Assembly: GCA_965112155.1 (NCBI GenBank)
Contig: OZ218101.1
Length of the DNA stretch: 64,000 bases
From: Podarcis liolepis
Lineage: Eukaryota
Direction: 5' to 3' (one strand)
Made by a program: the position numbers and the translations under genes. Positions 37,717 through 50,700 of the stretch are shown here, piece after piece (position 1 is the stretch's first letter; each line of letters opens with the position of its first letter). The notes beneath the pieces are model-generated. The model was not told where the DNA came from. It was given only the letters and a program-made list of their open reading frames with translations, and searched no databases.

Positions 37717-40515
37717 CTGCAGAGCCCGCTGTTCTCGACTAAGTTGGCTAGAATCTGCATACAGTTCTGTCGTAACACACTTGAATCGATCACCTACGTA
37801 ACCAGCAGAGTTTGCGATTCTCTTTGCCAGGTTAGATGGCTTAGGTTTCAGGAATTTGCCATCATTAGGTTCCGCGCCCTCAGTTCCCTCTTTGGCGTAT
37901 GCCTGACTGACTTCCATACTTGACTGCGTGTTTCCCATACAAAGCTGTTTAGCATCATCTGGCATTTTGCAAAAGGACATAGCTAGGCCATCGTTTCCGT
38001 GAGCAGCCTCCAAGAACACAGAGGAAGTGGGAACCGTTAACCTCTCCCTATTCTGGCTCAAGGAAAGGTCCTCTTTCCTTAAGTTGAACATTGATGGGTG
38101 TGGGCTCTGGGCTTGCTTGAAGTTATAAACTTCATGGAAATTGCTTCTCCCACAGTCTTCTCTCATCACAATGAAGTCTCTGTGGGGGAAGCCTTGTTCT
38201 ACCTTGTGCTTTGTGGGGTCGCTTGCTTGATTACTGCTTTCAACAGGAAAGCTAGGTTTCGTCAGGTTCGTTTCACCTTTCACATCTTGCTCCTCTCTTG
38301 GTTCTGCAAACAGGTGCTTGTCACTTTTGGTAGTATTTTTACCATGACTTGAACTTTGGTGCAATTTCACGTTTCTGTCTGCAGGTACTTCAAAATGTAG
38401 TTTTGTGCTGGTTTCCAGCATCTCGGGCAATCGGTTTCTCAAGGCAGGGTCTTCATAACGGAGCCGTTCATGCGATCTAGACCTCCTTTCCGATTTCTCA
38501 TCTTTCAGCTCCAAAGCTGTATGGGGTAACAGCATTGGGTGTACCATACCCATGCCCAAAGCATCCTGGTAGGTCATGAACTCACCTCGGCTGGCTGGCA
38601 GGCTGTATGGAATGGTAGGTTTGGGAGCTAAATGTCCAGGGAAAAGACTCCCATTGGGTAACAGAACAGGGTGAGGATATACAGGTCCTTTCCCATGTAG
38701 AGACAAAGGGCCTATAGCTAAGCCTTCTGGAACTGGATATGGGAGATAGCTTCTCGGATAGGGCAATGGTGGAGATCGGAACGCATCATTGGGAGGGAAA
38801 AATATGGAAGTTGGTGCAAGGGTGTTCTCATTTGCTTTGAAGATAGGTTCTGGATTATTGCATTTAGCTGCCTTATTACTATGCTTTGAAGATGCTGCTG
38901 CTACAGGTTGTCCTATGTGCTGTATGACAGATGCAGTGGTCTCTACGGAGCTAGTCGTCTTAGGGCAATCGACATTGGCATTTGGAGCAGGAGAAGCAGA
39001 TGCTGGGCGACCCCCGCTTGACACAGACCCTGAAATATTACTGACAACTGCTTCTGTACCCCCCATCCTAGGGCAAGAAGAACTCCGCTGTTGTGGCGTC
39101 ACCCAGTCCAATGCTTTGTTTTTCAACTGCATGTTTTTACCACCGTTATCTTCATTGGGACCTGGAACAACCCAGGAGGAAGGCGCCGTGCTGATTATTT
39201 CAGGTCTATAGACAGGGCAACCGCTTCCAGGAGAAATGGTTTCTTTTGGAAGATCACCTCCAGGTAAAACCAAGCCACTTCCGGCCCTGCTATGAACCAG
39301 CACAGTTGGCGCCATTTTCTTAACATGATCAGATTTGGTTGTCTCCATGTCAACAACTTTTGATGACAAATCCAATGGTTTGTCTATAATCTCTTTGGTA
39401 ACAGTCTGTTGTTTTTCTAACAGTGGAGGGGATCTGCTGTCCTTCCTGTCGTGACCTGTTTTCCTTGCATGCACTGTAGGCTGCTGAGTGATTTCGCCTG
39501 GGTCATGTGTTTTAGGAGCTTTCCCCCCGGAGACTCTTGGAGGAAACTCATTGCTTACATTCACGTATGGCTTTGGGAGTGTAACTGAAGAAGGAGACGT
39601 CGAAATCCTGGAAAGGTGTTTCTGAAACTCCGAGTAAGCGTCCCCAACCTGCGTCGGAAGGTGAACTCTAGGTGATGGTCTCGGTGAATGAGACAAGAGA
39701 ACAGTGGGGTCTGTGGGCATATTACTAGCCGCTGGCTTTGCAGATGGGACTCTGGGAGGCTTGCTGTTCTGGATATGTGGATAGGCATGAGAGTCTACAG
39801 GAGTTCCGGGTCCAACTCCCATCTTCCAAGACAAGCTCTTTTCTGGACAGTGTCCTAGAGGGGGAATAGCTGGAGCTGCGGTTGCAGCAGAGATCCTCAT
39901 TGGTGAAGCTAACGATGACGGAATGTGGGGAGCAACGTAATGAGAAGGTGGCAAGTATAAAAAACGTTCACCATTTGTACATACGGGCGAGTAGGTCAGA
40001 TGCTGTGGCAAGCTGTAATTGGACTGCTGAGGTAGCAAGGCCTTATACATGTTCAACGAATACTTATTTGGTGATTCGAGAAAAGGATAAATAGCACCCT
40101 CCATGTAAGGATTTACCCAGGGTAGCCTTAGGTAACTAGCACCATTGACATTGAGAGGACTCGGTTTGTCACTTGAGCTTCTGTCCAAGCCTAAGGTCTC
40201 CCCAGTTGGAAGCGAACTTTTTTGTATTCCAGGTGGCGTTTTGTACATAGCACTGAAGCCATTTGGGGGTTTTCCAGCTGCATTTTCAATTGCTTCAGTG
40301 GGATTAGACTTGAACTGCATCTCTGGATTTCTTTCAGGAGCAAATCCAAGGCCAGCAATAGCACTTGTAGCATCCCGGGGCTTGTCTGAGCCAAGTCCAC
40401 ATAAACTGGAATAGACAATACTGCTGGGGACTCTAAGCCCTTCCCGCATAAGTCCAGACCGGTCCATGCTCAGAGCTGCAAGGCTGTCAATGCGATGCAC
40501 TGCCGTGGCATCCAC
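37717..40515 (-). CDS. BCOR: BCOR exon 4 (giant exon, 933 codons), including the BCL6-binding domain [17 protein letters not shown] (39157-39207)
   Basis: 2799 nt uninterrupted (ORF 37699..40548). Acceptor cacaaAG (40517-40516), donor CAG|GTGAGT. Confidence 0.98.
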
Positions 40516-41035
40516 CTTTGTGAAATAAGAGAGAGGTGACTTTGGCATTTAGTCAAGTACTATTCGAGGCTACAGGTACTTTAAAAAAAAAACATTGCAG
40601 GAAACAAAAGGAAGCAAATACATTGTTTTCATTGTGAAAAACTAATGTGGGCTGATTAAACCGATAAATGCAGAGGAATAAAGTAAATCAAATTTTAAAT
40701 TTTTAGCCTGCTTCATTCTTCTGTCTGTGGAGTCTGAGACCTGCCAAGTTTGATTATTATTTTTTCAGTAAGATTAGTTTAATAGGTCTCTAGATCCTTT
40801 CATACTTAGCAAAACATCTACTCAACCAACTGTCCCATTAAAAAAAAACTGATTTCCAGAACCATGTGTGTACTCGCTTCCAACTAGGGACATTTCATAA
40901 GGTATGCTTATGGGGGGGGGTCCCTCAGATGCAAAGTTATTTATACTCCAAAAATCATTTAAATCAAATAATGACGCTGAGTCTTTTTTTACTTCTGTTC
41001 CTCTGCTTATTGATAGCCAAAATAAGTGATATTTA

Positions 41036-41122
41036 GGCTGCAATCCCATATATACTTACCTGGGAGAAAGTCCCATTGAACTCAATGGGGCTGACTTCCA
41101 AGTAGACACATATAGCATTGTA
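41036..41122. repeat. ~85-bp palindromic interspersed repeat (core CCCATTGA-AC-TCAATGGG)
   Basis: Self-complementary. Related copies at ~27091-27160, ~46135-46222, ~48274-48352, ~55200-55285 and ~58188-58274. Confidence 0.75.
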
Positions 41123-41280
41123 CTGTTAATAACTTTCACAGGCCAGCAGAGGAGCTAAACTGCTGCCTTTCCCAGCATCCTCATATGAACAAAGAGAAGC
41201 TTGCGGGAAAGGAGAAAGCAAGATCACGTCATGTAGCTGTATTACATGAGACCTCTGCGTATAGGGTGGTGTATAAGTTG

Positions 41281-41331
41281 GAAGAAGAAGAAGAAGAAGA
41301 AGAAGAAGAAGAAGAAGAAGAAGAAGAAGAA
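41281..41331. repeat. (GAA)n microsatellite
   Basis: Direct reading; source of the poly-E/K/L ORFs. Confidence 0.97.
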
Positions 41332-42084
41332 ACAACAACACTGGTCTCTCCTTTGTTCCAAATGTTTGCTCCTACACAAGATGAGAGAAAGTAGGCTACC
41401 CAATTCTAGGAAGCAAAACACACTACAGTGAAAACAGGCAAAGGTGTAGGCTCCACAATCTTTCTAAGCCCCAAGAAAAAACAACAGCCCTGGGCAGTGC
41501 TTTTTCCCGGGGGTACTCAGGGGTACGCAGCCCCAACACCTTTTTTTCTAGAATAAAAGCATTGGCCCTGGGGCACTTTCCCTCAAATCTCATTCCTAAG
41601 CACTCAGCCAGCCCCAAACTGCAGATTATACTAGTTCTAGTTCTTCCAATTTTATTATACTTATATCCCACCATTCTTTCAAGGAGCCTGTGACATCCTT
41701 AGGATCATCTTTAGGTGGTTCCTCTCTAGACACTGAAACTATAGCAAAGGCTCACACACCCCATTCTGTCCACCCAAGGCTACCAGCTGTCAGTCACTGA
41801 AATTTTCAGAAGGCTAATTGAAATATGCCAAGCGATGTTATTTAGAGCAATCATGACTTAGTGTGTTCATGATGTGCTATTAAGCATATGACGAAGTAAA
41901 AAATGCTTAAGACTCAGATACCAGAAATATATACAAAAGGATGCAACTGTAACCTAATATTTGAATGCCACCTCTGATTATCAGCAACTTTCATTAGTCC
42001 CAAATAGTTATTTGAAACGGAAGCCATAGCACAAAAATCCAGTGAAAAACCTTTTGTCATCAAACGGAACTATCAGTTTCTTAC

Positions 42085-42163
42085 CACACTGTGGTTCAGG
42101 TGATTTTCTTCCCTTAATTCCAACCTGCTTTTCGAAGCATCTCCATCATTAACTGGGATTTTC
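42085..42163 (-). CDS. BCOR: BCOR exon 3 ([26 protein letters not shown])
   Basis: 79 nt. Acceptor aaatAG (42165-42164), donor GTAAGA. Translated by hand. Confidence 0.95.
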
Positions 42164-42445
42164 CTATTTTCAAGAGATATTTTTAAAAAGTGACTTACAG
42201 ACACAACGTTAATGATTTGACATTTTGATCTGACTGCAGTGTTTCTATTAAATTACCTTTATCAATACATCAGTGCAGAAGAAAATTAACAGTTTTGCCT
42301 TCTAATTGGGCTTTTTCTCTCTCTATAGAGTTCAGGGATGAAAAAATGTTTTTGGACTTTATTTCCAGTTAAGGAGTTTTGCTAAAGCAATACGTGGTGG
42401 TAAATACTCTTTATTTAGAAACAAACAACCCTGTATAGTATCATT

Positions 42446-42447
<2 letters not shown>

Positions 42448-42481
<34 letters not shown>
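42448..42481. repeat. (AC)n microsatellite
   Basis: Direct reading. Confidence 0.97.
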
Positions 42482-42485
<4 letters not shown>

Positions 42486-43807
42486 CAGAGACAGGAAAAA
42501 CCCACACACTTCTAATATCATACAAATGTCAGCTGTTCAATGCTGAAGAAGGAACCATACATCTGTGTGTTAGCAGCGTAGCAGCTCAGGGACTTGTTAT
42601 CACAGAAAACACAGATAAAAGAATGCACCTCAGTGCCAACTTTCAAATCCCAGGGACACAATTGCTGACATACAGCAGAAGGGAAGTTCCATCATTACCC
42701 AGAAGGATATTTAAAGTGGTGGCACTATCAATTTTTAAAGTAAAAGCAACACCCACATTTTTGCCCTGTTTCCAGCTATTATTGTTACAACCCACACCTA
42801 CTAGAATAGCCACAGGATACAATTGGATAGAAACAGAACAATAGCATTTTGCTTATGTGCACCTCCTTCCTTTGACATTTGATAACAATATACACAGCCA
42901 TGGCATTCCCCCTCAGTGTCTCGTAACTCATAATTTTCATGTGCTGTTTTGAAAACTGAGAAAGTTATTAAATGACCCGATGGTGTCCTGATTTTATTTT
43001 CTATAGGGCACAACTCTGACCAAAAGTACTTGCAAACACAAGCAGTGTGCTTGCTTCATTTTAATAATTAGAAGTAAAAAATTATAGCGTTGTCCACTAT
43101 TTTGTAAAGACTCTTTAAAAAACTGTATTTGGTGTGCTTTTACAAGGCCCCAATCCAGAGAAAGTTAGCCTTGCTTTGTCTCATTGCAGCGAATGTGGCT
43201 TAGATTAATCATGACTAACTTGCCCCATTCATTTCAATGAAGAATGACGAATGGTTTCTGAACTGGGGCCAAACTCTGACCTTTGTGCTAGTTTGTGGAA
43301 AGTTATAGAAATATCTAATTGCTGGGCAAATTATCTTAAGTTGCAGGCCACGTAATGTGGACCAATTAAAATTAAAAACCTGAATCCATGTTGTTCTTGT
43401 CTTTTTCACAAATATAAAATAATAAACTTACAGGGACAACCTTAAGCACGCATGCCATGAAATAAGTTTCATTAAAAATCACAGACGTTTGCTTTCCAGT
43501 AAATACACTGAAGATTGGGAGAGAATGTATGTAATATATGTGAGGAAGAGGTGACTTTGGGAGCTAATCTTTTATAAGCCCCCTTCTGGTTTCCTGAGCA
43601 ACACTGATTGTTAAAACAGTACACGAAGGGAGAGTCTGCGCCCATAACATCTCTCTTCTCCAACTCTTGTCTCATAAAAGAGCTCTCCATGAGTTATCTC
43701 CATGCAAGCTATTAAAAAAAAGCTATACGCTAAGACAAATTAACGCTGAAACCCCCTTCTCCAGAAACACCGCGTGGTTTAACTTTCCCAAAACTTAAAA
43801 TATTTAC

Positions 43808-43893
43808 CTCTCTTCGTTAATCCCACACATACGGACTCTCTCATTGCTCATCCAGCTATGAACGTTGCCATACAGGGGAGTTGCAGAAAGCAT
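43808..43893 (-). CDS. BCOR: BCOR exon 2, coding part with start codon ([29 protein letters not shown])
   Basis: 86 coding nt, ATG at 43893, donor GTAAAT. The exon starts at 43938 after ttttttctttcccaccaattAG; the 45-nt UTR part has an in-frame TAA. Confidence 0.96.
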
Positions 43894-44529
43894 GACTTCA
43901 CCTTAAAACAGAGGCTGTTCTTCACACGTGTGTATAATCTAATTGGTGGGAAAGAAAAAAAAGAAGTTGAGAAGATTGACCGGGGAGGAAGGGCAGACAT
44001 CATAGTGGAATCACCGGTCTCCCTCGAGATAATTAACAAGGAATATAGGCTTGGTACAAGGTCGTGAGCAGCCAGAGTTAAAACACATGTAACAAAAAGT
44101 AGGAAGTTGAGGGAATACACTGGTCAGAAACGCTATAAATCGAACGTTGTGAGGGACGGGGGAAGAATGCTACTCCCATTGAGTTTAATTCGAAATAAAA
44201 ACAATTACACACCCATCAGCAAAGCAGACCTTACTTGTAATGAAGCCAGAGATATTTGCTTGATCCTCAAGCGAATTACATCTCAGGAATTCATGGTGCA
44301 CACAGACAAGCAAATGAAAACCAACTGGGACATTATAGTGTTTAGTTACCACACTACTGATTAAAATTGCTTAAGGTGGCATACAAAAAAAGTAGGGACT
44401 TTTGCAAAAACAAAAACACACACACACAACAATATACCCATAAAACTTAGTAAGGAAACAGGACCAGCAAAAACCCACCCAAAAGAAAATGCTTTTGCAT
44501 CCTATTGATTTCACATAGAGTCTAGTGCA

Positions 44530-44732
44530 TTGTTGTGGTGAGATTGTCTGAGTGGGAAACCTGGGTTCCAATCCCCACTTGGCCATGAAGCTCACTTGGG
44601 CACTCACTTTCTTATCTCACCCTAACCTATCTCACAGGGTTGTTGTTAAATGAGGAGAGAGAGAACCATGCATATACCACCTTGAGCTCCTTGGGGGGAA
44701 AGGTAGGAAATAAATGCAATAAATAAATAAAT
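44530..44732 (+). mobile_element. MIR/L2-tail-like SINE ending in (AAAT)n
   Basis: B-box-like GGGTTCCAATCCC, core-like CCTAACCTATCTCACAGGGTTGTTG, tail CCTTGAGCTCCTTGG...AATAAATAAAT. A degraded minus-strand relative lies at ~50850-50990. Confidence 0.6.
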
Positions 44733-47700
44733 TCACTGGGAGTGTTGTGCATCTGCGTAACTTCTACAGGATGTAAGAGTACTCGACTTTGGCGGCATAA
44801 TTCTGTCTGTGTGTTTAACCCTTCGTAAACAGCAATATATCATTTACATTGATACAGACACCAGTGGATGTTCTTTTCCACGTGTAGCTCAACCAGTGTG
44901 TGTGATCCAGCGGCAATTGCGACACCCCCATCCCTCTGAAATCAATGGTACCTAGGGTCACTAAATGTACTTCCTAAGCCTGATTGTCCCCATTATGTTG
45001 AAGTAAGTTTCAATGAAACTTTAAATCCAAATAATGGGGGAGATCCAACCAAAATTAAGCAGGACAAATTCCCACAGGTTTTCATTTATTCACAAAGCAG
45101 GGCTCAACATTGGCGGGATCTTACCCAGTGCACAAAAGAACTGGGTTGTGTTTGAAGAGATAACTTTAGCAAGGAGGAAATCCAAATATGAAAACACAGC
45201 CTGGGAGTGGGAACAGGGCCAGACTGAAGGCAGAGTGATATCCTAACATTCACTTTTTTAAAAAAGCAAAAAAGCAAGGTGTCAAATGTCAGTTTCCACT
45301 TCAAATGAAGTTTCTATCTCTGAAAACAAGCTGAAGTAGAATGCCAGAGACAAACAAGAGCTCCTATTTTGAACAGGGCAACCATTTTCCTAGAAGTTCG
45401 TCTCCCAGCCCAGAAAAGGGTTAAGGGGAGAGAGAAAAAACATTAAGTAGGTTGGTGAGATCCCCAGCCCTTGATTTGATTAAGTAACCCAACCCTGGTG
45501 GCTTCCACCATTGGAGCTGCTGCTGCTGTTGTTGCGCCGCCGCTGCTTTGAGTGCTTTCAGTAATTCAATGACGCCTGCTCACTCCAGGGAAAGAAATCA
45601 TTAGCGGGCTCACTGGAGAAGCATTAGCAGTCCGAAAGGATCGGCGCTGCGTGCAACAGGGAAGGCAGGTGAAAGGCAACCGGATTTTCGCGTCCAGCAA
45701 CAGAAGGGCCTCGCCTGCCTTTCTTCCCTCCCGAACGCGCCATCTCCGCCCGCATTAAATTCTAGTTTGCTGCATGAGTGAAGTGTCAGGACAAGCTGCG
45801 TTTTATTAACACGATTATCGCGGCGCGTGATTTATTCCAGTGCCGGATTTTAATTGCTCTTTGGAGGTTCAGTCGTTTCTTTTGACTGAGCTTCAGCCTG
45901 CATCCCGCTGTTAAATGCTGGGTTAATAAGTAGGGGGAGCCTTTAATGCACAGGATACCCCTTCAGCTCTTCCTCTCACCAAAAAGGAGGGAGGGGAGGG
46001 GAAAGTGCGCGCAGGCACAAAATGCCTCGCCAAGGGGAGGAACGGCGAACGCGGGACGCGCTGCGCTAAATTGCTTTTCTGCAGAGAAGCGAGGCTTCCC
46101 TGGCTTTTTCGGTTTTTTAAACGGAGACGTACTAGGGTGCAATCCTTAACGTAGCTACCACCGAGGAAGTCGCCCTGCACAAATCGGGACCCATTTCTAA
46201 GCTAAACGCGTTTAGGATCGCGCGGAACGGATGGAGACGTTAACCTGTGTATTCCTAATAAGGGGCCATCCTACACACGGTTAATAACTTGGGGATACAG
46301 CACCACTGAAACTAATTCACTATCCAATATAAGTACGTATGCGATTAGGATCGGGCTCTACTGCTGCAGCCCTTCAACCCCTGTGGCTCAACCAAGCCCA
46401 GTGGGATTACCCGAGAGTAAACGGTGGAGGAGCCCCGGGGTCTGGTCGGACCTATCCACGCAGAGGCCAGCGGAGAGCGCCACGCACGCACGCACGCCTC
46501 GCAGTTTAAAAGCCCCCGTGCTCCAAAACAGACGAATTAACCCTTAAAACCGGAGCGGAGGCAAAACCTGGGTTGCGTTTGCGCACAAATGCTCCACCCA
46601 CGATCAGAGGACCTCCGTATAAGCGCCAAGGAAAGCCCTGTGTTCTCTCAAGCATTTCATGAGCCCTTCTTGTTCCCCCTCCCAGCTCCTTGAAGAAGCC
46701 TTTTGTGCAGATCCCCACGCACGGAACATATTTTACTGAAATGGCACCGTCCCCTCCCTCCCTCCGCAGCAGCTAGCTTGCAAGAGCTGACCCCAATTGC
46801 TGTCAAGGAAGAGGAACTGGCCCCTTCTCCTCTCCTTCCTTCTCCTCGCATCCCCCCCACCGCCCCAGTAAAGGCTAGGACGAAATATCGCCCTATCATT
46901 CAAAAGTTGTTGTTCCAGGGGAAAGACGGGTTTTGCTGACCAGATTTAGTGTTTTCCAGATGCACGGCTCGTAATGTTTTCGAATGGAGCAGCCGCAGCC
47001 TGGAGAGTGATTGAGAGTTTTACATACGGTTAGTAGCCGCCCAGAGCGCTGCCTCATCTGTAAGGAATGGAGGGGACACAAAGTCCAAAGAGATAGGGCT
47101 GTCTGCACGGAGGGAGGGGACGCCGCTCCCTCTCCCCTTTCCCCCACCCCTTTTCTGAAAAGCAGGAGACATGCCCGGGAGCCTAATCTTGCTTTTTATA
47201 GGCTGGAACTGAGCTAAGGCTCTGGGTTTCCTCGCGGGGAAATGTATCGTTGGTTGCCATCGGCTGTTGCTCCTGAGATCTGCAAAAGTCGACCCCAAGA
47301 GCGCGATCTGAGTCGACCCCAGGTACTTGGGGCGCTGTGTGGGGAAGGGGAGCCGATGGCTTCCAAAGGCAGATATGCAAACGAAGCTACGCCCTGAATG
47401 CAAAGGTTTCCTAAACTGGGAAGAGAGGAAGGTCAAAGGCAAATTGCCAAATAATCGGCCCAGATTATGATAACTCCCCAAGCGCTACATTGCATATTTA
47501 AAAATAAAACAACAAAACAAGGAGAAAAAGAAAACTATGTTGCCTTCTGCTGCAAGACAACCATCTCTCTTTGCTAGTCCACGCCGCGAAACTCGCCCCG
47601 GGCAAAGGTGTTTGCACAGAAGGGGCCCAGAGCGAGGCTGGGATTGCTTAAGGTCTGCCGCGGAGCTTTTGCAACAGAAGAAGTTGCCAAATTCCCCTTT

Positions 47701-50700
47701 GGAGCGTCGCCGCTGCATCCCAGCGACACGAGGCGAAAGGGAGACGGGATCCGCGGGCTGGGAGAGAAAGGCCTTTTCGGAGGCCCGAAGAAGAGTTGCA
47801 GCAGCCGGGAGCGCGCAGCGCCTGAGCCGGTTCTGTGCAAAAAGTACAACCGAGCGCGCGCGATCCCTTCCCGGGAGGTGGGCGAGGCGAGATGTTTGCT
47901 CGTTTCTGCTCGTTTTCAGGGTCGCGCTTCCCAGCGCATACATACGTTGTTTATAATCACCGCCGCCCTGATGAACTTTTTGTGAACTGTTTAAAAGTGG
48001 AGGTCTGTTGAACAAACAGCGGCGCCACTGCCAGCCATAATTTCATTGCAACAAGCAACAGACTTTTAACCCTTCGGGCTCCAGGAGGAGACGTTGCTGG
48101 CAAAGCAGCAGCCCTCTCTGCTTTGTGGCTGTGAGCCTGGAAGGTTACATATAAGCAACCACTCCGCTTACGGAGCAATGGATCCACAGCTCAGTTAAAC
48201 CCGAGCATTTGGATCTACGGTCCAGAGCAGGCTTCACCCGCAAGTCCCAGTGAAATCAAAGAAATGTGCTCAAGGCTGCAGTCCTACCCACTACTCGTTT
48301 ACCCGGGAGTAATCCCCAGTAACGCATTGGGACTAGAGTAGACATGCACTGGTTTACCCTGTAACTACCCAAACCTTCCTTTACCCTCTTACCTTAAGGT
48401 AAATCCCAAGAGGTCCACTAAAACAAGGATGGAGGACGGGAAGCCCACTCTCCTTAGGCCGCACCCCACTGGCCCTGCCCCCACAAACCCTTCGGAGCGC
48501 TTTTGTCTGGTTTTAATGTGTCCTTGACAGAAGATAATGCCTCTTCGCTTGCCTTGACGCACTTTATAGAGAAATAGAACACAGAAACCTTTTGACTCTT
48601 GCGCGGTTAGAATGTAGGCTACCGTAACATCCATGGAGCCACCGCCGCCACCTTTTGCCTCTGGCCTCGCCCACCGCCGGCCCCGAAAGGCTCCTTCAGG
48701 TGGGACCCTCAGGCTGAAAAGGAGTGCCTCCCCCCCGCATCGAAATCAAGACAGACCCAAGTCCCGCTTGTCTTTAGCGAGGCCTAGTCCCCAGAAAGTG
48801 CGCGCAGAATCGGGGCTGTTCAGGACTGGGTGTTAGCTCTAGGTATTAATCGCCTGCCTTGACCATGCTAATAAAAGGCGACATATATAATGCATAGTGT
48901 AAATAAAAATGCACAAGCGTCTGAGAAAGTCACGCTGAGAGACATTGTCAAAGAAGTGGGGTTTGGGCATAACGAGGGCGGGTAGGCCGTGGCTGTTAAA
49001 GTTTGTTCGTGTTTATTGCGATTATTTCCCACCCCACCCCCAAAAAAATCAGTACATTGAATTAGTGTGTATGCTTTAGCTGAGATTCCGGCTACACTAG
49101 AGAGTTGGAGTTGGACTAAAGACCGCAGTTTTATCTAATTCGTCCTGAAAATTAAATAAACCACCTCCCTGGCTGTTTCTCCGCCTCCGTGGAGCGATTC
49201 AGGGCTTGGCACTTTGCTTTTCCGAGTCCCCGCAAGTCTCCTTCTACCTTCGGGAATCTCCCCGTTATGTAACACTCTTTTGCTTTATTCATAGAAGGGG
49301 GGGGGACGTAAGGAAGGAGACAACAGAAAATAACAGAACTTCACATATCTCACGATTCCCCCCCCCGCAAAAAAAACTTGATTAAAAAGCTCTCTCCTCG
49401 GTGCCTCCCCCTCCCGCATGCTACTTTGGAGAGCACCCCCCCCCTCCACCTCGTTTATATGCTGCTAGCTGGGCGCCAGCACCTCGGCCAGAGTTGCTAG
49501 AAGCTGCCATAGCTGCAGCTTCCGACCGTACCAGCCCGCGACGGAAAGCAAAACCTCCTCCCCGGGGTGGGGATCGCGCCGCGCCTCCTGCCGAGCGAGG
49601 CGAGCTCGCTGGCTGCGCGAGAATGTGACCTAAGGCAGCAGCAGCAGCAGCAGGCAGGCTCCGAGCGCCAAAGAGGCCACGCGGAATTTCCTCCCCGGAG
49701 GTGTCCGGCTGACAAATCCGTCAAGCTCGCCTGGGAGGAAAAGGGGGGAGCTGCACGGCGGGGGTTTCGCTGCAAAACCTGCTCGGTGTCCGCAGCCGAG
49801 AGGAGCCTCCTCTCTCTTCCTCCCCCCCCCCCAAGCTGCTGCGCTCATGTTACAGAGCAGACTCGAAAGGAAAAGAAAAAAGCGGCCCCGGCGCTCGGCG
49901 TGTCTGGCTGAACACCCAGTTCTCCGGGCACCACTGGCAGCCGCCGCAACTCCACATCATTGGGTGGGAGGCAAATGCATTCACGCAGCGCCCTCCTTGG
50001 CTGTTGGATCCTCCTCTGCCCTCCCCGTTCTCGTTCTCTCTCTCTTTTCAAAAAGGGAACCGCTTGCATCGCCCTCGCAACGGCAACAGACTCTTGGCAG
50101 CCACTGGAGGCGGGCGCAGGAGCAAACTTTTGCTCGCACGCTCCTGCCTTCGCAAACTCAACAAACCTGGTGCCCGCGGCCAGGGGAAGCAGCCGCAGCG
50201 CTTTGCGCTTCGCCTCCCCGGGAAGGAGGGTCCGGAGAAACCATGCCGAGAGCGTTGATGGCCTCTCTTTCCCGCCCTCTTTCCCGCCATTCAAGGTGGC
50301 GAAGTAGCCTTTCTTGCCAACCAGGGCACGAAAAAGGGTGCAAGGAGGAAAAATAACCAAGAGAGTAAGCCCCAGCCGGACTCCAGCGAGCCAGGAAGGA
50401 GAGCGAATGCCGCGAGCGCACACGAGTTCCCTGTTGGCGCCTTTCCTCTTTCCACCTCCTGCTCCTTTTGGCAGCCGGCCACTTTCCACTGCATAAACCA
50501 CAGGCCCGCCGTCAGCTGCACGGCAGGCGGGTCGGAGCCGTAGAGCAAGCGGACGTGGATGGCGAATGTCAGGGGGGAATGGCGCTAACCCAGCGGGGCT
50601 TTCGCGTTAATCAGAGAAGGCCCTCCTCTGTAATCAAAACAAGACCATACATAGTTTGCCCATCTCTAGCTCCCTGCCCGTTTCAGGTCTCCCCTAAACA

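Noticed and set aside
38098-40414. Plus-strand ORFs antisense to exon 4 (also those over exons 7, 9, 10, 11 and at 13457-13765)
   Set aside because: Shadows of the coding strand with no independent evidence.
41404-45395. Two BCL6/STAT5-consensus sites (TTCTAGGAA at 41404, TTCCTAGAA at 45387) suggesting feedback regulation
   Set aside because: A 9-mer is expected roughly 0.5-1 times by chance in 64 kb over both strands; not significant without conservation or ChIP data.
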